In this document: positions 11,263 to 21,937 of the stretch, one piece after another
How the letters are laid out: every line of letters starts with the position of its first letter
Position numbering within the stretch: the stretch's first letter is position 1
Assembly: GCA_022447855.1 (NCBI GenBank)
Contig: JAKUTX010000001.1
Span: 236,435-300,434 of the forward strand
Length of the DNA: 64,000 bases
Origin: SAR202 cluster bacterium
GTDB taxonomy: Bacteria > Chloroflexota > Dehalococcoidia > Lucifugimonadales > UBA6927
Reading direction: 5' to 3'
Program-made: the position numbers and the translations under genes
Notes under the pieces: generated by a model
Seen by the model: the letters and a program-made list of their open reading frames with translations, nothing else
Told to the model about the DNA's origin: nothing
The model's database searches: none

Positions 11263-11668
11263 ACGAATTAAATATAGAAACCACCACCGTGGAAGACGAA
11301 AGGGCTTGTCTGTAGCTGGCAGCACTTTAAATTTTGGGGAATTTGGACTCAAGGCTACTGGACCTGCGTGGGTTACATCCCGACAAATAGAAGCAGCACG
11401 TAGGGCAATGACTAGATATACTCGTAGAGGTGGAAGAATCTGGATCAGGATTTTTCCAGACAAAAGTGTTACCGCACGAGCAGCCGAAACCAGAATGGGT
11501 AAAGGTAAAGGAGCTGTTGACCACTGGGTGGCAGTTGTCAAACCTGGAAGAATAATGTTTGAACTTGCAGGAATCCCAGAGGAAACAGCTAAAAGAGCTC
11601 TGACTTTAGCATCATCTAAAATGCCGATGCCAACAAAAATAGTATCAAGACACACAACTCAGGAATAA
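11249..11668 (+). CDS. rplP: 50S ribosomal protein uL16
   Basis: Canonical [17 protein letters not shown]-terminus at ATG 11249. The track ORF start at 11162 lies inside rpsC. Overlaps the rpsC 3' end by 14 nt. Confidence 0.93.
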   Translation: MLQPKRIKYRNHHRGRRKGLSVAGSTLNFGEFGLKATGPAWVTSRQIEAARRAMTRYTRRGGRIWIRIFPDKSVTARAAETRMGKGKGAVDHWVAVVKPGRIMFELAGIPEETAKRALTLASSKMPMPTKIVSRHTTQE

Positions 11669-11673
11669 TAACA

Positions 11674-11883
11674 ATGGCAGAAATAGACGATTTAAGATCA
11701 CTAAATAATGACGATTTATCTAACGAGAGTCAGGAAGCGTATCAAGCAGCAATGAACCTACGTTTTCGTGCTGCAACTCTCCAACTTTCTGACGTTACTG
11801 AAATTAAACGAATTAAAAAGAGAATTGCAAGAATAAAAACCATCCAAAGACAACGAACAATAGCTGAGAACAATAATGAGTAA
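11674..11883 (+). CDS. rpmC: 50S ribosomal protein uL29
   Basis: 69 aa. LRFRAATLQL helix motif. Conserved position after rplP. Confidence 0.93.
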   Translation: MAEIDDLRSLNNDDLSNESQEAYQAAMNLRFRAATLQLSDVTEIKRIKKRIARIKTIQRQRTIAENNNE

Positions 11884-12172
11884 TGTAAACCGAAAAGTAA
11901 GAATTGGGAAAATCACTAGTGACCGTATGGATAAATCCATCGTCGTAATGGTTGAGTGGAAACGAAGACATCCTTTATATAAAAAGTTAGTTAAACAAAG
12001 GACAAAATTCGTTGCCCATGATTACAACAATTCTGGCAGAACTGGTGACGTGGTTCGAATAGTTGAAACACGCCCCCTATCTAAAACAAAAAACTGGAAA
12101 TTAGACGAAATTTTGGAACGTTTTGAAGGTTTTACTCCTACTCAGAGTAAAACTGAACAAATTCCAAATTAA
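11876..12172 (+). CDS. rpsQ: 30S ribosomal protein uS17
   Basis: [17 protein letters not shown]...HPLYKK pattern. Overlaps rpmC by 8 nt. Confidence 0.95.
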   Translation: MSNVNRKVRIGKITSDRMDKSIVVMVEWKRRHPLYKKLVKQRTKFVAHDYNNSGRTGDVVRIVETRPLSKTKNWKLDEILERFEGFTPTQSKTEQIPN

Positions 12173-12183
12173 CAGGAAACATT

Positions 12184-12552
12184 ATGATCCAACAGTATAC
12201 TAGACTAAGAGTCGCAGATAATTCTGGAGCAAAAACCATAAGCTGCATTGGAATTCCCGGAGGAACAGGGAGAACGTATGCAGGCCTTGGTGACGTAATT
12301 GTAGCCAGTGTTAAAGAAGCTGTGCCAGCAGCTCAAGTCAAAAAAGGACAAGTGGTCAAAGCTGTAGTAGTGCGTACTGCAAAATCATATCGAAGACCTG
12401 ATGGTTCTCACATTAAATTTGATGATAATGCAGCAGTATTAATCAGCGATGAGCAACTTCCCAGAGGAACTAGAATATTTGGACCTATCGCACGCGAACT
12501 AAGAGAAAAGAACTTTATGCGTATAGTGTCATTAGCTCCGGAGGTACTCTAA
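12184..12552 (+). CDS. rplN: 50S ribosomal protein uL14
   Basis: [17 protein letters not shown] start. 122 aa. Confidence 0.97.
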   Translation: MIQQYTRLRVADNSGAKTISCIGIPGGTGRTYAGLGDVIVASVKEAVPAAQVKKGQVVKAVVVRTAKSYRRPDGSHIKFDDNAAVLISDEQLPRGTRIFGPIARELREKNFMRIVSLAPEVL

Positions 12553-12863
12553 TGCGGATCCAAAAAAATGATACTGTTTTGATTACAAAAGGTCGTGATC
12601 GTGGTAAGAGAGGAACTGTTATCACCGTTATTTCAAAAACACAAAAAGTTGTTGTTGAAGGCAGCAATCTTTCTAAAAAACATGCAAAAGCAACTGGAGG
12701 AACAAGGCAGGCAGGTATTATAGACAAAGAAATGCCTATATCTATTTCCAATGTAGTGCATATTTGCCCAATTTGCGATTCCCCTGGAAAAGTTAAATTC
12801 CAAAAACAGCCAGATGGTTCTAAATCGCGTATATGCAAAAAATGTGAGGCCGTCATAGAATGA
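12552..12863 (+). CDS. rplX: 50S ribosomal protein uL24 (Cys4 variant)
   Basis: KOW motif [16 protein letters not shown]. The C-terminal part carries CPIC...CKKC. Confidence 0.95.
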   Translation: MRIQKNDTVLITKGRDRGKRGTVITVISKTQKVVVEGSNLSKKHAKATGGTRQAGIIDKEMPISISNVVHICPICDSPGKVKFQKQPDGSKSRICKKCEAVIE

Positions 12864-13522
12864 CTCAGCAAAATAAAAATACACCGAAAAAAGCTACAAA
12901 AGCATCTACCAAAAAGAAAACTAGTGCTACCAACACTAAGTGGACTCCTACAATAAGACCTCTTCCGAGAGTTAAATCACAATTGTTAGAAGAAGTAGGT
13001 CCAATTATGATGAGAGAGTTCAATTACTCTAGTGTTATGGAATTCCCTAGACTAGACAAAATTGTTGTGAATGTTGGACTTGGAGAAGCATTAACTAACT
13101 CTAGAGCTGTTGAAAATACCCTCAGAGATATAGCGATGATCACTGGTCAAAATCCAGTATCTACTAAAGCAAAAAAATCCATCGCTGGGTTTAAAATTAG
13201 AGAAGGAATGACCATTGGAGTAAAAGTCACTTTGAGAAGACGTAGGATGTACGAATTTTTTGACAGATTGATTAGTTCATCATTGCCCAGAATCCGAGAT
13301 TTTAGAGGTTTGTCTAGAAATTCTTTTGATGGTAGAGGGAATTATTCTATGGGTATCACAGAACAAGTGATTTTTCCTGAAATAGATTATAACTCAATAG
13401 ATAAGATGCGTGGAATGCAAATTGTTATTGGCACTACCGCTAATTCTGACCAAGAAGGATTAAGGTTGTTAGAACTTTTAGGTATGCCTTTTGTAAGAAT
13501 TAATGATACACAAAATGGCTAA
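12860..13522 (+). CDS. rplE: 50S ribosomal protein uL5 with Lys/Thr-rich N-terminal extension
   Basis: [24 protein letters not shown] core. No alternative start codon lies near the canonical N-terminus. The ATG overlaps the rplX stop (ATGA). Confidence 0.92.
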   Translation: MTQQNKNTPKKATKASTKKKTSATNTKWTPTIRPLPRVKSQLLEEVGPIMMREFNYSSVMEFPRLDKIVVNVGLGEALTNSRAVENTLRDIAMITGQNPVSTKAKKSIAGFKIREGMTIGVKVTLRRRRMYEFFDRLISSSLPRIRDFRGLSRNSFDGRGNYSMGITEQVIFPEIDYNSIDKMRGMQIVIGTTANSDQEGLRLLELLGMPFVRINDTQNG

Positions 13523-13549
13523 ATTTTAAGAAGGGTTTGGTGAAAATAC

Positions 13550-13735
13550 TTGGCTAAAAAATCAAAAATTGCCCGTTGGAAAAAACCTCAACGATTCGAT
13601 GTTCGAAATTACAATCGCTGTGACCGCTGTGGTAGACCACGTGCTTACATCAGACATTTTGGTTTATGCCGAATTTGCTTTAGAGAATTAGCATTACTTG
13701 GAATGTTGCCTGGTGTTAGGAAAGCAAGTTGGTAG
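13550..13735 (+). CDS. rpsN: 30S ribosomal protein uS14, short zinc-binding (type Z) form
   Basis: 61 aa with CDRC...CRIC. TTG start. Confidence 0.94.
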   Translation: MAKKSKIARWKKPQRFDVRNYNRCDRCGRPRAYIRHFGLCRICFRELALLGMLPGVRKASW

Positions 13736-13751
13736 AGAACGGAGTTATTAA

Positions 13752-14150
13752 ATGACAGTAACTGATCCAATAGCAGACATGCTAACAAGAATTCGTAATG
13801 CGATTTCCGTAAGACATGACTCGGTCCAAATCCCTGCGAGCAATGTCAAAACTGAAATTGCACGTATTTTAAAATCTGAAGGATTTATTGAAAACTTCAA
13901 TATCATCACTTCGAAAAGCCCTCAACCGATGATCAGGGTATGGCTGGATTACTCTCAGCAAGACTCCGCAATTCAAGGACTAAAAAGAGTAAGCAAGCCT
14001 GGGCTTAGAGTCTATACATCCAAAAGTGAAATGCCTCGTCCATATGGAGGATTGGGTATTTCTATAATTTCTACTTCGCAAGGAATTATGACAGGCAAAG
14101 ATGCTTGGAAAAAAGGAATCGGCGGAGAAGTACTATGTTATATATGGTAG
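13752..14150 (+). CDS. rpsH: 30S ribosomal protein uS8
   Basis: [14 protein letters not shown]-terminus. 132 aa. Confidence 0.97.
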   Translation: MTVTDPIADMLTRIRNAISVRHDSVQIPASNVKTEIARILKSEGFIENFNIITSKSPQPMIRVWLDYSQQDSAIQGLKRVSKPGLRVYTSKSEMPRPYGGLGISIISTSQGIMTGKDAWKKGIGGEVLCYIW

Positions 14151-14157
14151 GAAAAAA

Positions 14158-14703
14158 ATGTCACGAATAGGTAACAAATTAATAGAAATTCCTTCTGGAG
14201 TTGAAATTGAAATATCTGGAAGTTCGGTAACCGTCAAAGGCCCACTCGGTTCTTTGAATCAAGATTTCAATCCTGATATTTTAATTTCTTCTGAAAATGG
14301 AACAGTTAAAGTATCCCGTCCTTCAGACGAGCGTCATCATAGATCTCTGCACGGACTAACTCGAAGCCTGATAGCAAATATGGTAGAAGGTGTTAGTAAA
14401 GGATATACAAAATCTCTAGAAATAGTTGGAGTAGGTTACCGTGCGCAGCAAAATGGATCAGGAATAACATTAAATGTAATGTATAGTCATCCTATAAACA
14501 TTGATCCATTACCCGGAGTAACTATCGAAGTCGAGGGGAATAATATTGTTCATGTCAAAGGCACTGACAAACAAGCTGTAGGTGAAATCGCAGCCCAAAT
14601 CAGAAAAACACGTCCTCCGAATGTTTACACAGGCAAAGGTGTCAGATATCAAGGAGAGCAGGTTAGGCGTAAGCCTGGAAAATCTGCACGAAGGGAAGCT
14701 TAA
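14158..14703 (+). CDS. rplF: 50S ribosomal protein uL6
   Basis: MSRIGNKLIEIPSGV N-terminus at ATG 14158. The track start at 14101 lies inside rpsH. Confidence 0.93.
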   Translation: MSRIGNKLIEIPSGVEIEISGSSVTVKGPLGSLNQDFNPDILISSENGTVKVSRPSDERHHRSLHGLTRSLIANMVEGVSKGYTKSLEIVGVGYRAQQNGSGITLNVMYSHPINIDPLPGVTIEVEGNNIVHVKGTDKQAVGEIAAQIRKTRPPNVYTGKGVRYQGEQVRRKPGKSARREA

Positions 14704-15075
14704 ATGAGCAATATAAATAACAAATCTAATTCTGCGCGCCGAAAAATGCGCCATTTTCGGGTTCGAAAAAAAATTAGTGGCACTGATGTCAGGCCAAGAT
14801 TGGCAGTTTTTAGAAGCCTGCGTCATATATATGCTCAACTAATTGATGATTTAAATGGAGTTACAATTGTATCTGCTTCTAGTCAGGAAAATGATATCGT
14901 AATTGACCAACCTTCTAGCAAAACCAAATTGGCAAACCAAGTTGGCGAATTAATTGCTGACCGAGCAAAATCTAAAGGTGTCAAAGAAGTAGTTTTTGAT
15001 CGCGGTGGATATAAATATCATGGTCGAGTGAAAGCCTTGGCTGAAGCAGCAAGAAAAGGAGGACTTGGGTTTTGA
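14704..15075 (+). CDS. rplR: 50S ribosomal protein uL18
   Basis: [20 protein letters not shown] and [20 protein letters not shown] motifs. Confidence 0.96.
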   Translation: MSNINNKSNSARRKMRHFRVRKKISGTDVRPRLAVFRSLRHIYAQLIDDLNGVTIVSASSQENDIVIDQPSSKTKLANQVGELIADRAKSKGVKEVVFDRGGYKYHGRVKALAEAARKGGLGF

Positions 15076-15671
15076 CTTACACTCAACAAAATGAATCAAA
15101 CTCCAGCTCTAATAATTTCATTTCAGATTCTGAGGAATTCCCTATCACGGAAAGAGTGGTAAAAATTTCTCGAGTTTCAAAAGTTGTAAAAGGAGGGCGG
15201 AATTTAACCTTCAGCGCAGTCGTTGTAGTAGGCGATCAAAATGGAAAAGTTGGAATCGGTATGGGGAAAGCAGCAGCAGTACCTGATGCAATAAGAAAAG
15301 GTGCTACTAATGCTAAAAAAGATATGGTAGAAATAGTTTTGAAAGACAGCACAATCCCTCATGAAATAGTTTCAAAATTTTGTGGTTCGATTGTCATGCT
15401 TAAACCTGCTGCCGAAGGAACAGGCGTAATTGCTGGAGGTGCTGTCAGGTCAGTGGTTGAACTCGCGGGAATTAAAGACATATTGACAAAAGTACGCCGT
15501 AGCACTAACCCTGTCAATGTTGTTACAGCTACATTCAATGGTTTAAGAGAACTTAGGGATATCGAAAAATCTATTGCCCTAAGAAAAAAACTCGTTCACG
15601 ATGCGTCTGAACGTGATGAAGAACGACGCAAAAGACGTGAGATGCGACGCTCTTCTGAGAATGCAGGATAA
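15072..15671 (+). CDS. rpsE: 30S ribosomal protein uS5
   Basis: [22 protein letters not shown] core. TTG start overlapping the rplR stop. Extra N- and C-terminal tails. Confidence 0.92.
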   Translation: MTYTQQNESNSSSNNFISDSEEFPITERVVKISRVSKVVKGGRNLTFSAVVVVGDQNGKVGIGMGKAAAVPDAIRKGATNAKKDMVEIVLKDSTIPHEIVSKFCGSIVMLKPAAEGTGVIAGGAVRSVVELAGIKDILTKVRRSTNPVNVVTATFNGLRELRDIEKSIALRKKLVHDASERDEERRKRREMRRSSENAG

Positions 15672-15679
15672 ATTATTTC

Positions 15680-15862
15680 ATGACTAAACTAAAAATTACA
15701 CTCACAAAAAGTGGCATCGGAAATAGGTGGGACCAAAAACGCACCATCGAAAGCTTAGGTTTAAGGAAATTGAATCAATCAGTTGAACACGATGATACTC
15801 CTTCAATAAGAGGTATGATATTCAAAATTCGTCATCTTATAGAAGTTGAAGAAACTAACTAA
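15680..15862 (+). CDS. rpmD: 50S ribosomal protein uL30
   Basis: 60 aa. [10 protein letters not shown]...LGLRK pattern. Conserved position. Confidence 0.93.
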   Translation: MTKLKITLTKSGIGNRWDQKRTIESLGLRKLNQSVEHDDTPSIRGMIFKIRHLIEVEETN

Positions 15863-15876
15863 CTCCAGGATAAAAC

Positions 15877-16320
15877 ATGGAACAACATGAATTAAAACCC
15901 GTAAAATCAAAAAAAGCTCGCAAGCGAGTCGGAAGAGGAGACGCTAGTGGATATGGAAGTTACTCAGGACGTGGAATCAAAGGACAGAATTCTCGTTCTG
16001 GAGGTGGTGTGAGGCCAGGGTTTGAGGGTGGACAACTTCCATTATTTCGAAGACTTCCTAGAATTCGAGGATTCACAAATATTTTCCGTACAGAGTACAG
16101 TGTTGTGAATGTAGGACATCTTGAGACCTTTGAAAACGGAACTGATATTACTCCAGAATTATTAGTTCAAGTTGGACTAGTAAAAAAACCAAAATCCCTA
16201 ATTAAAATTTTAGGATCTGGAGAATTAAGCAAATCTTTGAATGTTCATGCACACAACTTCTCGGGGTCTGCTAAAAATAAAATCGAATCAGCAGGCGGAA
16301 AGATAGAGGAACTGAAGTAA
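15877..16320 (+). CDS. rplO: 50S ribosomal protein uL15
   Basis: [26 protein letters not shown] motif. Confidence 0.96.
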   Translation: MEQHELKPVKSKKARKRVGRGDASGYGSYSGRGIKGQNSRSGGGVRPGFEGGQLPLFRRLPRIRGFTNIFRTEYSVVNVGHLETFENGTDITPELLVQVGLVKKPKSLIKILGSGELSKSLNVHAHNFSGSAKNKIESAGGKIEELK

Positions 16321-17666
16321 TGCGACAATCGCAAGCTGCATCCTCTCAACAAAGGGAACAATTAGGTCGCCCTCAGCTTTTGCAATCAATGATAGATGCT
16401 TTAGCAATCCCTGATCTTAGAGGCAAAATCATTTTCACATTAGCTATGCTAGTGATTTTCAGATTTGTTGCCCAAGTACCTATACCCGGAGTTGACTCAC
16501 AAGCTTTAAGACAAGCTTTTGATTCAAATGCTTTGCTCGGATTCCTTGATCTATTTAGTGGTGGAGCAATGGCTAACTTAAGTATTGCAGCTTTGGGAGT
16601 TTATCCCTACATTACTTCGAGCATTATCATGCAAATAATAACTCCTGTGCTACCTCAGCTAAAATCCCTCTCACAAGAGGGAGAAGCGGGAAGACAAAAA
16701 ATCAATCAATACACCCACTATCTCACCGTGCCGATTGCCCTATTACAAGCTTGGGGGCAGTTAACATTACTTAGACAATCAGGTGTATTACCTGGAGTTG
16801 AATTTGGCCTAAACTTGACTACTCTAGGAATACTTTCATCTATGATTGCGGGCACTATTTTCCTAGTGTGGTTGGGTGAATTGATTACAGAAAGGGGACT
16901 TGGCAACGGAGTTTCATTAATTATATTTGGTGGAATCGTAGCAAGCTTCCCAAGAATGGTAGGACAAGGATTCTTAGAAAGTGATCAAGGTGCCGGATTA
17001 CTACTCTTGGCGCTATTCGGTTTTGGCATAATTTATGTAATTGTGCTTTTTACTGAAGCCCAAAGAAGAATACCTGTCCAATATGGACGTAGTGTATTCA
17101 CCGGAGGCAGGATGCAAAGACAATCCGGCTCATCATTTCTTCCAATCAGAGTTAATTCCGCCGGTATGATTCCTTTGATTTTCGCATTTTCAATAGTCAT
17201 CCTTCCAGCTACTATTGCAAGCTATTTTGTAAGTCCTCTAAGCGATGATATTTTTTCAAAATTTGCTTCCATTGTGGCAAACGGTTTGAACCCATCCAAT
17301 TTTGTATATTGGGCTATTGTGTTTGTCCTAGTAATTATTTTCACATTTTTCTACACATTGGTTACATTTCAGCAACAGAATCTTGCCGAAAACCTCCAAA
17401 GAAATGGTGGATTTATTCCAGGAATACGTCCCGGACAACCAACTCAAGAATACATTAATCGAGTCGTAGTTAGGGTCACTTGGGGAGGCGCATTATTTTT
17501 AGGAATCGTTGCCATTTTACCGTTCTTTATCACGGAATTAACCAACGTAAGAGCTTTAACTCTTAGTAGTACAAGTTTATTGATTATGGTTGGTGTTGCT
17601 CTTGATACAATGCGTCAACTCGAATCGCAATTACTTATGCGCAATTATGAGGGGTTCCTAAGGTAA
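16320..17666 (+). CDS. secY: Preprotein translocase subunit SecY
   Basis: 10-TM protein with IPDLRGKIIFTL start region and conserved spc-operon position. The ATG at 16320 shares a base with the rplO stop. ATG 16389 is an alternative start. Confidence 0.93.
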   Translation: MRQSQAASSQQREQLGRPQLLQSMIDALAIPDLRGKIIFTLAMLVIFRFVAQVPIPGVDSQALRQAFDSNALLGFLDLFSGGAMANLSIAALGVYPYITSSIIMQIITPVLPQLKSLSQEGEAGRQKINQYTHYLTVPIALLQAWGQLTLLRQSGVLPGVEFGLNLTTLGILSSMIAGTIFLVWLGELITERGLGNGVSLIIFGGIVASFPRMVGQGFLESDQGAGLLLLALFGFGIIYVIVLFTEAQRRIPVQYGRSVFTGGRMQRQSGSSFLPIRVNSAGMIPLIFAFSIVILPATIASYFVSPLSDDIFSKFASIVANGLNPSNFVYWAIVFVLVIIFTFFYTLVTFQQQNLAENLQRNGGFIPGIRPGQPTQEYINRVVVRVTWGGALFLGIVAILPFFITELTNVRALTLSSTSLLIMVGVALDTMRQLESQLLMRNYEGFLR

Positions 17667-17674
17667 ATTTTGCA

Positions 17675-18319
17675 ATGAATGTAATTTTAATTGGCCCCCC
17701 TGGTTCTGGAAAAGGGACGCAAGCAAACAAGCTAGCTTCGTCTTTAAACATACCGTGTGTCTCTTCCGGAGATTTGTTCCGAGAGCATCAATCCCGCGGC
17801 ACAGAACTTGGCAACATGGCTGCAGAATATATGTCCAAGGGTATTCTTGTCCCAGACGAAATCACAGTTAATATGGTAATCGACTGGATCGAATCAATAA
17901 AACAAAATACCGGATTCCTACTAGATGGATTCCCTAGAACACTTGCACAAGCTGAATCTCTGGACTCTTATATGAACCCCACTAACCCTATCGATATTGT
18001 GCTTTATATAAAAGTAAGTGTTTCAGAATTAGTAAATCGACTCGCTGGCAGATGTTTTTGTGCATCATGCGGAGCAACGTATCACATCAAATTTGCACCT
18101 CCAAAAATTCACAATGTTTGCAATCATTGTGAATCAATTTTAATTCAACGAGATGATGACAAACCAGAAATAGTCATGAACCGTATAAATGTTTATGAAT
18201 CTGAAACTGCACCCCTAATAAATTTTTATCAAAGACAATCAATTCTAAAAGAAATTAATGGTGAACAAACTATCGATATTGTAAGTCAAAATTTACAAAG
18301 CGCCACAGCCCTAAACTAA
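17675..18319 (+). CDS. adk: Adenylate kinase (zinc-lid type)
   Basis: P-loop GPPGSGKGT. The lid carries CASC...CNHC. Confidence 0.95.
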   Translation: MNVILIGPPGSGKGTQANKLASSLNIPCVSSGDLFREHQSRGTELGNMAAEYMSKGILVPDEITVNMVIDWIESIKQNTGFLLDGFPRTLAQAESLDSYMNPTNPIDIVLYIKVSVSELVNRLAGRCFCASCGATYHIKFAPPKIHNVCNHCESILIQRDDDKPEIVMNRINVYESETAPLINFYQRQSILKEINGEQTIDIVSQNLQSATALN

Positions 18320-18340
18320 ATATGCATTCAGGTTAAGAAT

Positions 18341-19132
18341 TTGCAAAATAACATTGGAATAACAATAAAATCAAAAAGAGAATTGGATTTGATGCGTCAA
18401 TCTGCAAAGGTACTCGTAGAAGCAAAAAAACGCGTCGCTGATTCAATTTCTCCAGGAATTAGCACCCAAAAATTAGATAGTATTGCCGAAGACGTAATTA
18501 GGAACTTAGGGGCGATTCCTTCATTTAAGGGATATACTGGAGGTATGGCTTCAACTGGATTTCCGGGTACTGTTTGTGCCTCAATAAATGATGAAATTGT
18601 TCACGGCATTCCTAGTAAACGAAAACTAAATGAAGGTGATATCTTAAGCATTGATGTAGGAGCAATTGTAGGTGGATTCCACTCAGACAGTGCATTCACA
18701 GTAGGTGTAGGAGAAATAACCCCTGAAGCAAAAAATTTAATCACCGCCACTCATAATGCTTTGAAAACAGGAATCTCGAAAGCCATTGGCGGAAATCGAA
18801 TTGGAGACATTTCATCAGCAGTACAAAAATATGGTGAATCATTGGGCTACGGAATAGTTAGACAATATGTAGGACATGGAATTGGAAGGAACCTTCACGA
18901 AGAACCTCAAGTCCCCAATTATGGAGATGCGGGGAAAGGACCAAAACTATTACCTGGAATGTGTCTAGCAATTGAACCAATGCTAAATATAGGAACTTGG
19001 AAAACTAAACAATTAGCTGATGGATGGACAGTTTCAACTGAAGATGGTGAATTATCTGCACATTTTGAAGACACTATTATAATTACTGAAAACACACCAG
19101 AAAATCTAACCTTTATCGAAGGGTATTACTAA
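18341..19132 (+). CDS. map: Methionine aminopeptidase, type I
   Basis: 263 aa. VCASINDEIVHGIP, DVGA...GFHSD and HGIGRNLHEEP motifs. TTG start. Confidence 0.93.
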   Translation: MQNNIGITIKSKRELDLMRQSAKVLVEAKKRVADSISPGISTQKLDSIAEDVIRNLGAIPSFKGYTGGMASTGFPGTVCASINDEIVHGIPSKRKLNEGDILSIDVGAIVGGFHSDSAFTVGVGEITPEAKNLITATHNALKTGISKAIGGNRIGDISSAVQKYGESLGYGIVRQYVGHGIGRNLHEEPQVPNYGDAGKGPKLLPGMCLAIEPMLNIGTWKTKQLADGWTVSTEDGELSAHFEDTIIITENTPENLTFIEGYY

Positions 19133-19150
19133 ATTTATAGAAGGGATCAA

Positions 19151-19375
19151 ATGGCAGATACAGATAGAGAAGCCATAGAAGTTGAAGGAACTATTAAGGA
19201 AGCTCTTCCGAATGCAACATTTCGAGTAGAGCTAGCTAATGGTCACCCTGTACTAGCGTATATTTCGGGTAGATTACGTTTAAATTTTATCAGAGTACTA
19301 CCTGGAGATAGAGTATTAGTCGAACTATCGCCATACGATTTAGATAGAGGAAGAATCACTTACAGATTCCGATAA
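19151..19375 (+). CDS. infA: Translation initiation factor IF-1
   Basis: 74 aa S1-like fold sequence: [21 protein letters not shown]...[14 protein letters not shown]. Confidence 0.96.
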   Translation: MADTDREAIEVEGTIKEALPNATFRVELANGHPVLAYISGRLRLNFIRVLPGDRVLVELSPYDLDRGRITYRFR

Positions 19376-19387
19376 TGGAGAATTAAA

Positions 19388-19501
19388 ATGAAAGTTTCCG
19401 CATCAGTAAAAACCAGATGTGCAAAGTGTAGAGTAATAAGGCGTAAAAGGCGTGTAATGATAATTTGTGAAAACCCCAAACATAAGCAACGACAAGGATA
19501 G
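19388..19501 (+). CDS. rpmJ: 50S ribosomal protein bL36 (zinc form)
   Basis: Not in the ORF track (37 aa). My translation is [37 protein letters not shown], a near-consensus L36. Lies between infA and rpsM as expected. Confidence 0.95.
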   Translation: MKVSASVKTRCAKCRVIRRKRRVMIICENPKHKQRQG

Positions 19502-19511
19502 GAGTCAGATT

Positions 19512-19889
19512 ATGGCAATAATCGTAGGTGTAAATATCCCTGATAATAAACGCGTGGAAATTTCTTTGACCAGTATTTATGGAATAGGTCCTGTACAATC
19601 AAAATTGATTGTTGAAAAAGCAGGGATTGAAAATAATCCACGTGTTAGAGAGTTATCAGAAAGCGATTTAAATCGCTTGCGTGAAATTGTTGACAGTGAA
19701 ATGACCGTGGAAGGTGATTTAAGACGTGAAGTCAACACAAACATCAGAAGACTAGTAGAAATTGGCTGTTATAGAGGATTAAGGCATAGACGATCTTTAC
19801 CTAGTCGAGGGCAAAGAACAAGAACCAATGCACGCAGTCGTCGCGGGCCAAGACGAGCTGTTGCAGGAAGAAAAACTGTAGTCAAGTAA
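19512..19889 (+). CDS. rpsM: 30S ribosomal protein uS13
   Basis: [27 protein letters not shown]-terminus at ATG 19512, with AAGGATAGGAG upstream. The track start at 19467 overlaps rpmJ. Confidence 0.94.
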   Translation: MAIIVGVNIPDNKRVEISLTSIYGIGPVQSKLIVEKAGIENNPRVRELSESDLNRLREIVDSEMTVEGDLRREVNTNIRRLVEIGCYRGLRHRRSLPSRGQRTRTNARSRRGPRRAVAGRKTVVK

Positions 19890-19917
19890 TTCAACAAAAT
19901 CTAGCAAAGGATTAACG

Positions 19918-20304
19918 ATGGCAAGAAGACCAAGGTCCAGACGTAGAGAACGAAAATCAATACCAGTAGGAAGAGCTTATATTCATTCTACTTTTAACAA
20001 TACAATCGTCACTTTGACAGATTCCCAAGGGGGGGTTATTGCATGGGGCAGTGGAGGAACTAGTGGATTCAAAGGATCCAGAAAGTCTACCGCATTTGCT
20101 GCACAAAGAGCAGGTGAAGATGCTGCTAAGAAAGCTATGAACCATGGATTACGTCAAGTTGATGTACTTGTACGTGGTCCTGGTGCAGGAAGAGACGCTG
20201 CAGTCAGATCTTTGCAGACATCAGGCCTACATATTACAAGCATAAGAGATGTGACACCAATTCCTCATAATGGAACAAGACCTCCGAAACGTCGACGAGT
20301 TTAA
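19918..20304 (+). CDS. rpsK: 30S ribosomal protein uS11
   Basis: [14 protein letters not shown]...GFKGSRKST...[13 protein letters not shown]. Confidence 0.97.
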   Translation: MARRPRSRRRERKSIPVGRAYIHSTFNNTIVTLTDSQGGVIAWGSGGTSGFKGSRKSTAFAAQRAGEDAAKKAMNHGLRQVDVLVRGPGAGRDAAVRSLQTSGLHITSIRDVTPIPHNGTRPPKRRRV

Positions 20305-21217
20305 TTTGAATCAAAACCATAACATCATAGAACCAAACAATGAAGATCAGCGTTTGGATTACAGTCAAGCAAAATCGCTTTTCCAAATCATTGCGTCTAG
20401 TTTCAAAATCTACCGACTAGGATTTGTAAACATTGTTTCCACTTCTGCGATTTTAAGCATTCCTATTCTACTAATGACACATTTGATACTTCTATTACTA
20501 GGTGAATCTATTACTGATAATAGTCCTTATCAATATTTCACAAATTTTGTTGAAGATTTCGGAAAAATAATCATAGCATCTGCATTGATACATTGTGTTT
20601 GCCAATATTACTTGTCCTCAAAAATTTCTGTATCTAAAGCTTATACTGCAGTTATTCAAAGAATTTTCTCAATTGTTCAAATTGCTACTATAGTTAGTCT
20701 TGCATTAGCACTAATGCATTTAATAAATATAAGACTATTACTAGGACTTGAAAATGCTGACAATCTAGCAAATGAAATCAAAGCATCGGGTGGAGATCAA
20801 ATTGCAATAAACTCTACTTTTCAATCGAATTTTCCCACCCAAGATTTACTGATTTCTTTAATTGCTTTAGTTTTATTTTTCATACTATCGGTTTATTTAA
20901 TTAATATAATCAATTCAATTGTAGTTGACGGATTAAACTTAAATCATGCGATTAATCAAACCAAAAACCTTTTGAAAAATAATTGGTGGAGAACATCGGG
21001 AATTATATTAACAATTTTTTGCTTAGGTTCTATCGGAGAATTCCTAACCCTAACTGCTATTAGAATACCGATGTTTGAATTAGGACTGCAGGAAGCAATT
21101 TCCTCACAACTACTCTATGAAATAACTTTCTGCTTGCTGATACTACCACTAATGGTAATTTCACTCACACATCTTTTTTTTGATCTCAAAGCTCGTAAGG
21201 AATCTTCAGCATATTAA
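20270..21217 (+). CDS. Hypothetical integral membrane protein (about 6 TM) inserted in the alpha operon
   Basis: 315-aa ORF with about six long hydrophobic segments and an [10 protein letters not shown]-terminus. Visibly more AT-rich than the flanking genes. Start uncertain: ATG 20270 lies inside rpsK, and TTG 20306 is an alternative. No family recognised with confidence. Confidence 0.6.
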   Translation: MEQDLRNVDEFNLNQNHNIIEPNNEDQRLDYSQAKSLFQIIASSFKIYRLGFVNIVSTSAILSIPILLMTHLILLLLGESITDNSPYQYFTNFVEDFGKIIIASALIHCVCQYYLSSKISVSKAYTAVIQRIFSIVQIATIVSLALALMHLINIRLLLGLENADNLANEIKASGGDQIAINSTFQSNFPTQDLLISLIALVLFFILSVYLINIINSIVVDGLNLNHAINQTKNLLKNNWWRTSGIILTIFCLGSIGEFLTLTAIRIPMFELGLQEAISSQLLYEITFCLLILPLMVISLTHLFFDLKARKESSAY

Positions 21218-21228
21218 AAATAAATAAT

Positions 21229-21256
21229 TTGAATTCTCAAGAATATTAATTATACA
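21229..21256 (+). promoter_or_regulatory. Possible internal promoter ahead of rpsD-rpoA-rplQ
   Basis: TTGAAT (21229-21234), 16-nt spacer, TATACA (21251-21256), in the 57-nt AT-rich gap before rpsD. Weak match in AT-rich DNA. Confidence 0.25.
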
Positions 21257-21274
21257 AAAAGGAAAGACAATATT

Positions 21275-21904
21275 ATGGCCAGATATACAGGACCCAAATG
21301 TAGAAACTGTCGTAGATTTGGAATGAAATTATGCACTAAGCCACCAACTAAGTGTGCGTGGGAAAGACGCAAAAGCCCTCCCGGAGGACAACAATCTACT
21401 AGAAGAAGACGGGTCACAGAGTACGGAACTCGGTTACGAGAAAAACAAAAAGCTCGTGCTATTTATGGGATTCTTGAAAGACAATTCAGTAAGTACTTTA
21501 AGATGGCTAGAGATGCCAATGGAGCAACTGGAGATATCTTGTTTCAACTTTTAGAAACTCGTATGGACAATGTAGTCTATCGACTATCTTTTGCTGACTC
21601 TCGCAGCCAAGCAAGACAGATCGTAAATCATGGTCATATGCTTTTAAATGGGAAACGCATGGATATTCCGTCACATCATGTCCAAGTTGGAGATATAATT
21701 ACATGGAAGAGAGCTGCAAACACTGGCGATGATCAACCAGATTTCATTTCATCAATGACAGCTGATGCCCCAAGACGACCAGTTCCGTCTTGGTTAAGAA
21801 TGGATTTATCTGCACTATCAGGTGAAGTCGTGACTATGCCTGATGTTTCAGAAATTGAATCTGAAATTGATTCACGACTTATTGTTGAATTTTACTCACG
21901 CTAA
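21275..21904 (+). CDS. rpsD: 30S ribosomal protein uS4 (Cys4 N-terminus)
   Basis: MARYTGPKCRNCRR start and an S4 RNA-binding domain (RLDNVVYRL-like MDNVVYRLSFA). 209 aa. Confidence 0.96.
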   Translation: MARYTGPKCRNCRRFGMKLCTKPPTKCAWERRKSPPGGQQSTRRRRVTEYGTRLREKQKARAIYGILERQFSKYFKMARDANGATGDILFQLLETRMDNVVYRLSFADSRSQARQIVNHGHMLLNGKRMDIPSHHVQVGDIITWKRAANTGDDQPDFISSMTADAPRRPVPSWLRMDLSALSGEVVTMPDVSEIESEIDSRLIVEFYSR

Positions 21905-21937
21905 CAATCTATACGTTAACTATTAGGAGTTATCATT

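Noticed and set aside
20270-21217. The membrane-protein gene in the alpha operon as a mobile-element insertion.
   Set aside because: I could find no flanking direct or inverted repeats and no recombinase. It is reported as an unusual insertion, not as a mobile element.
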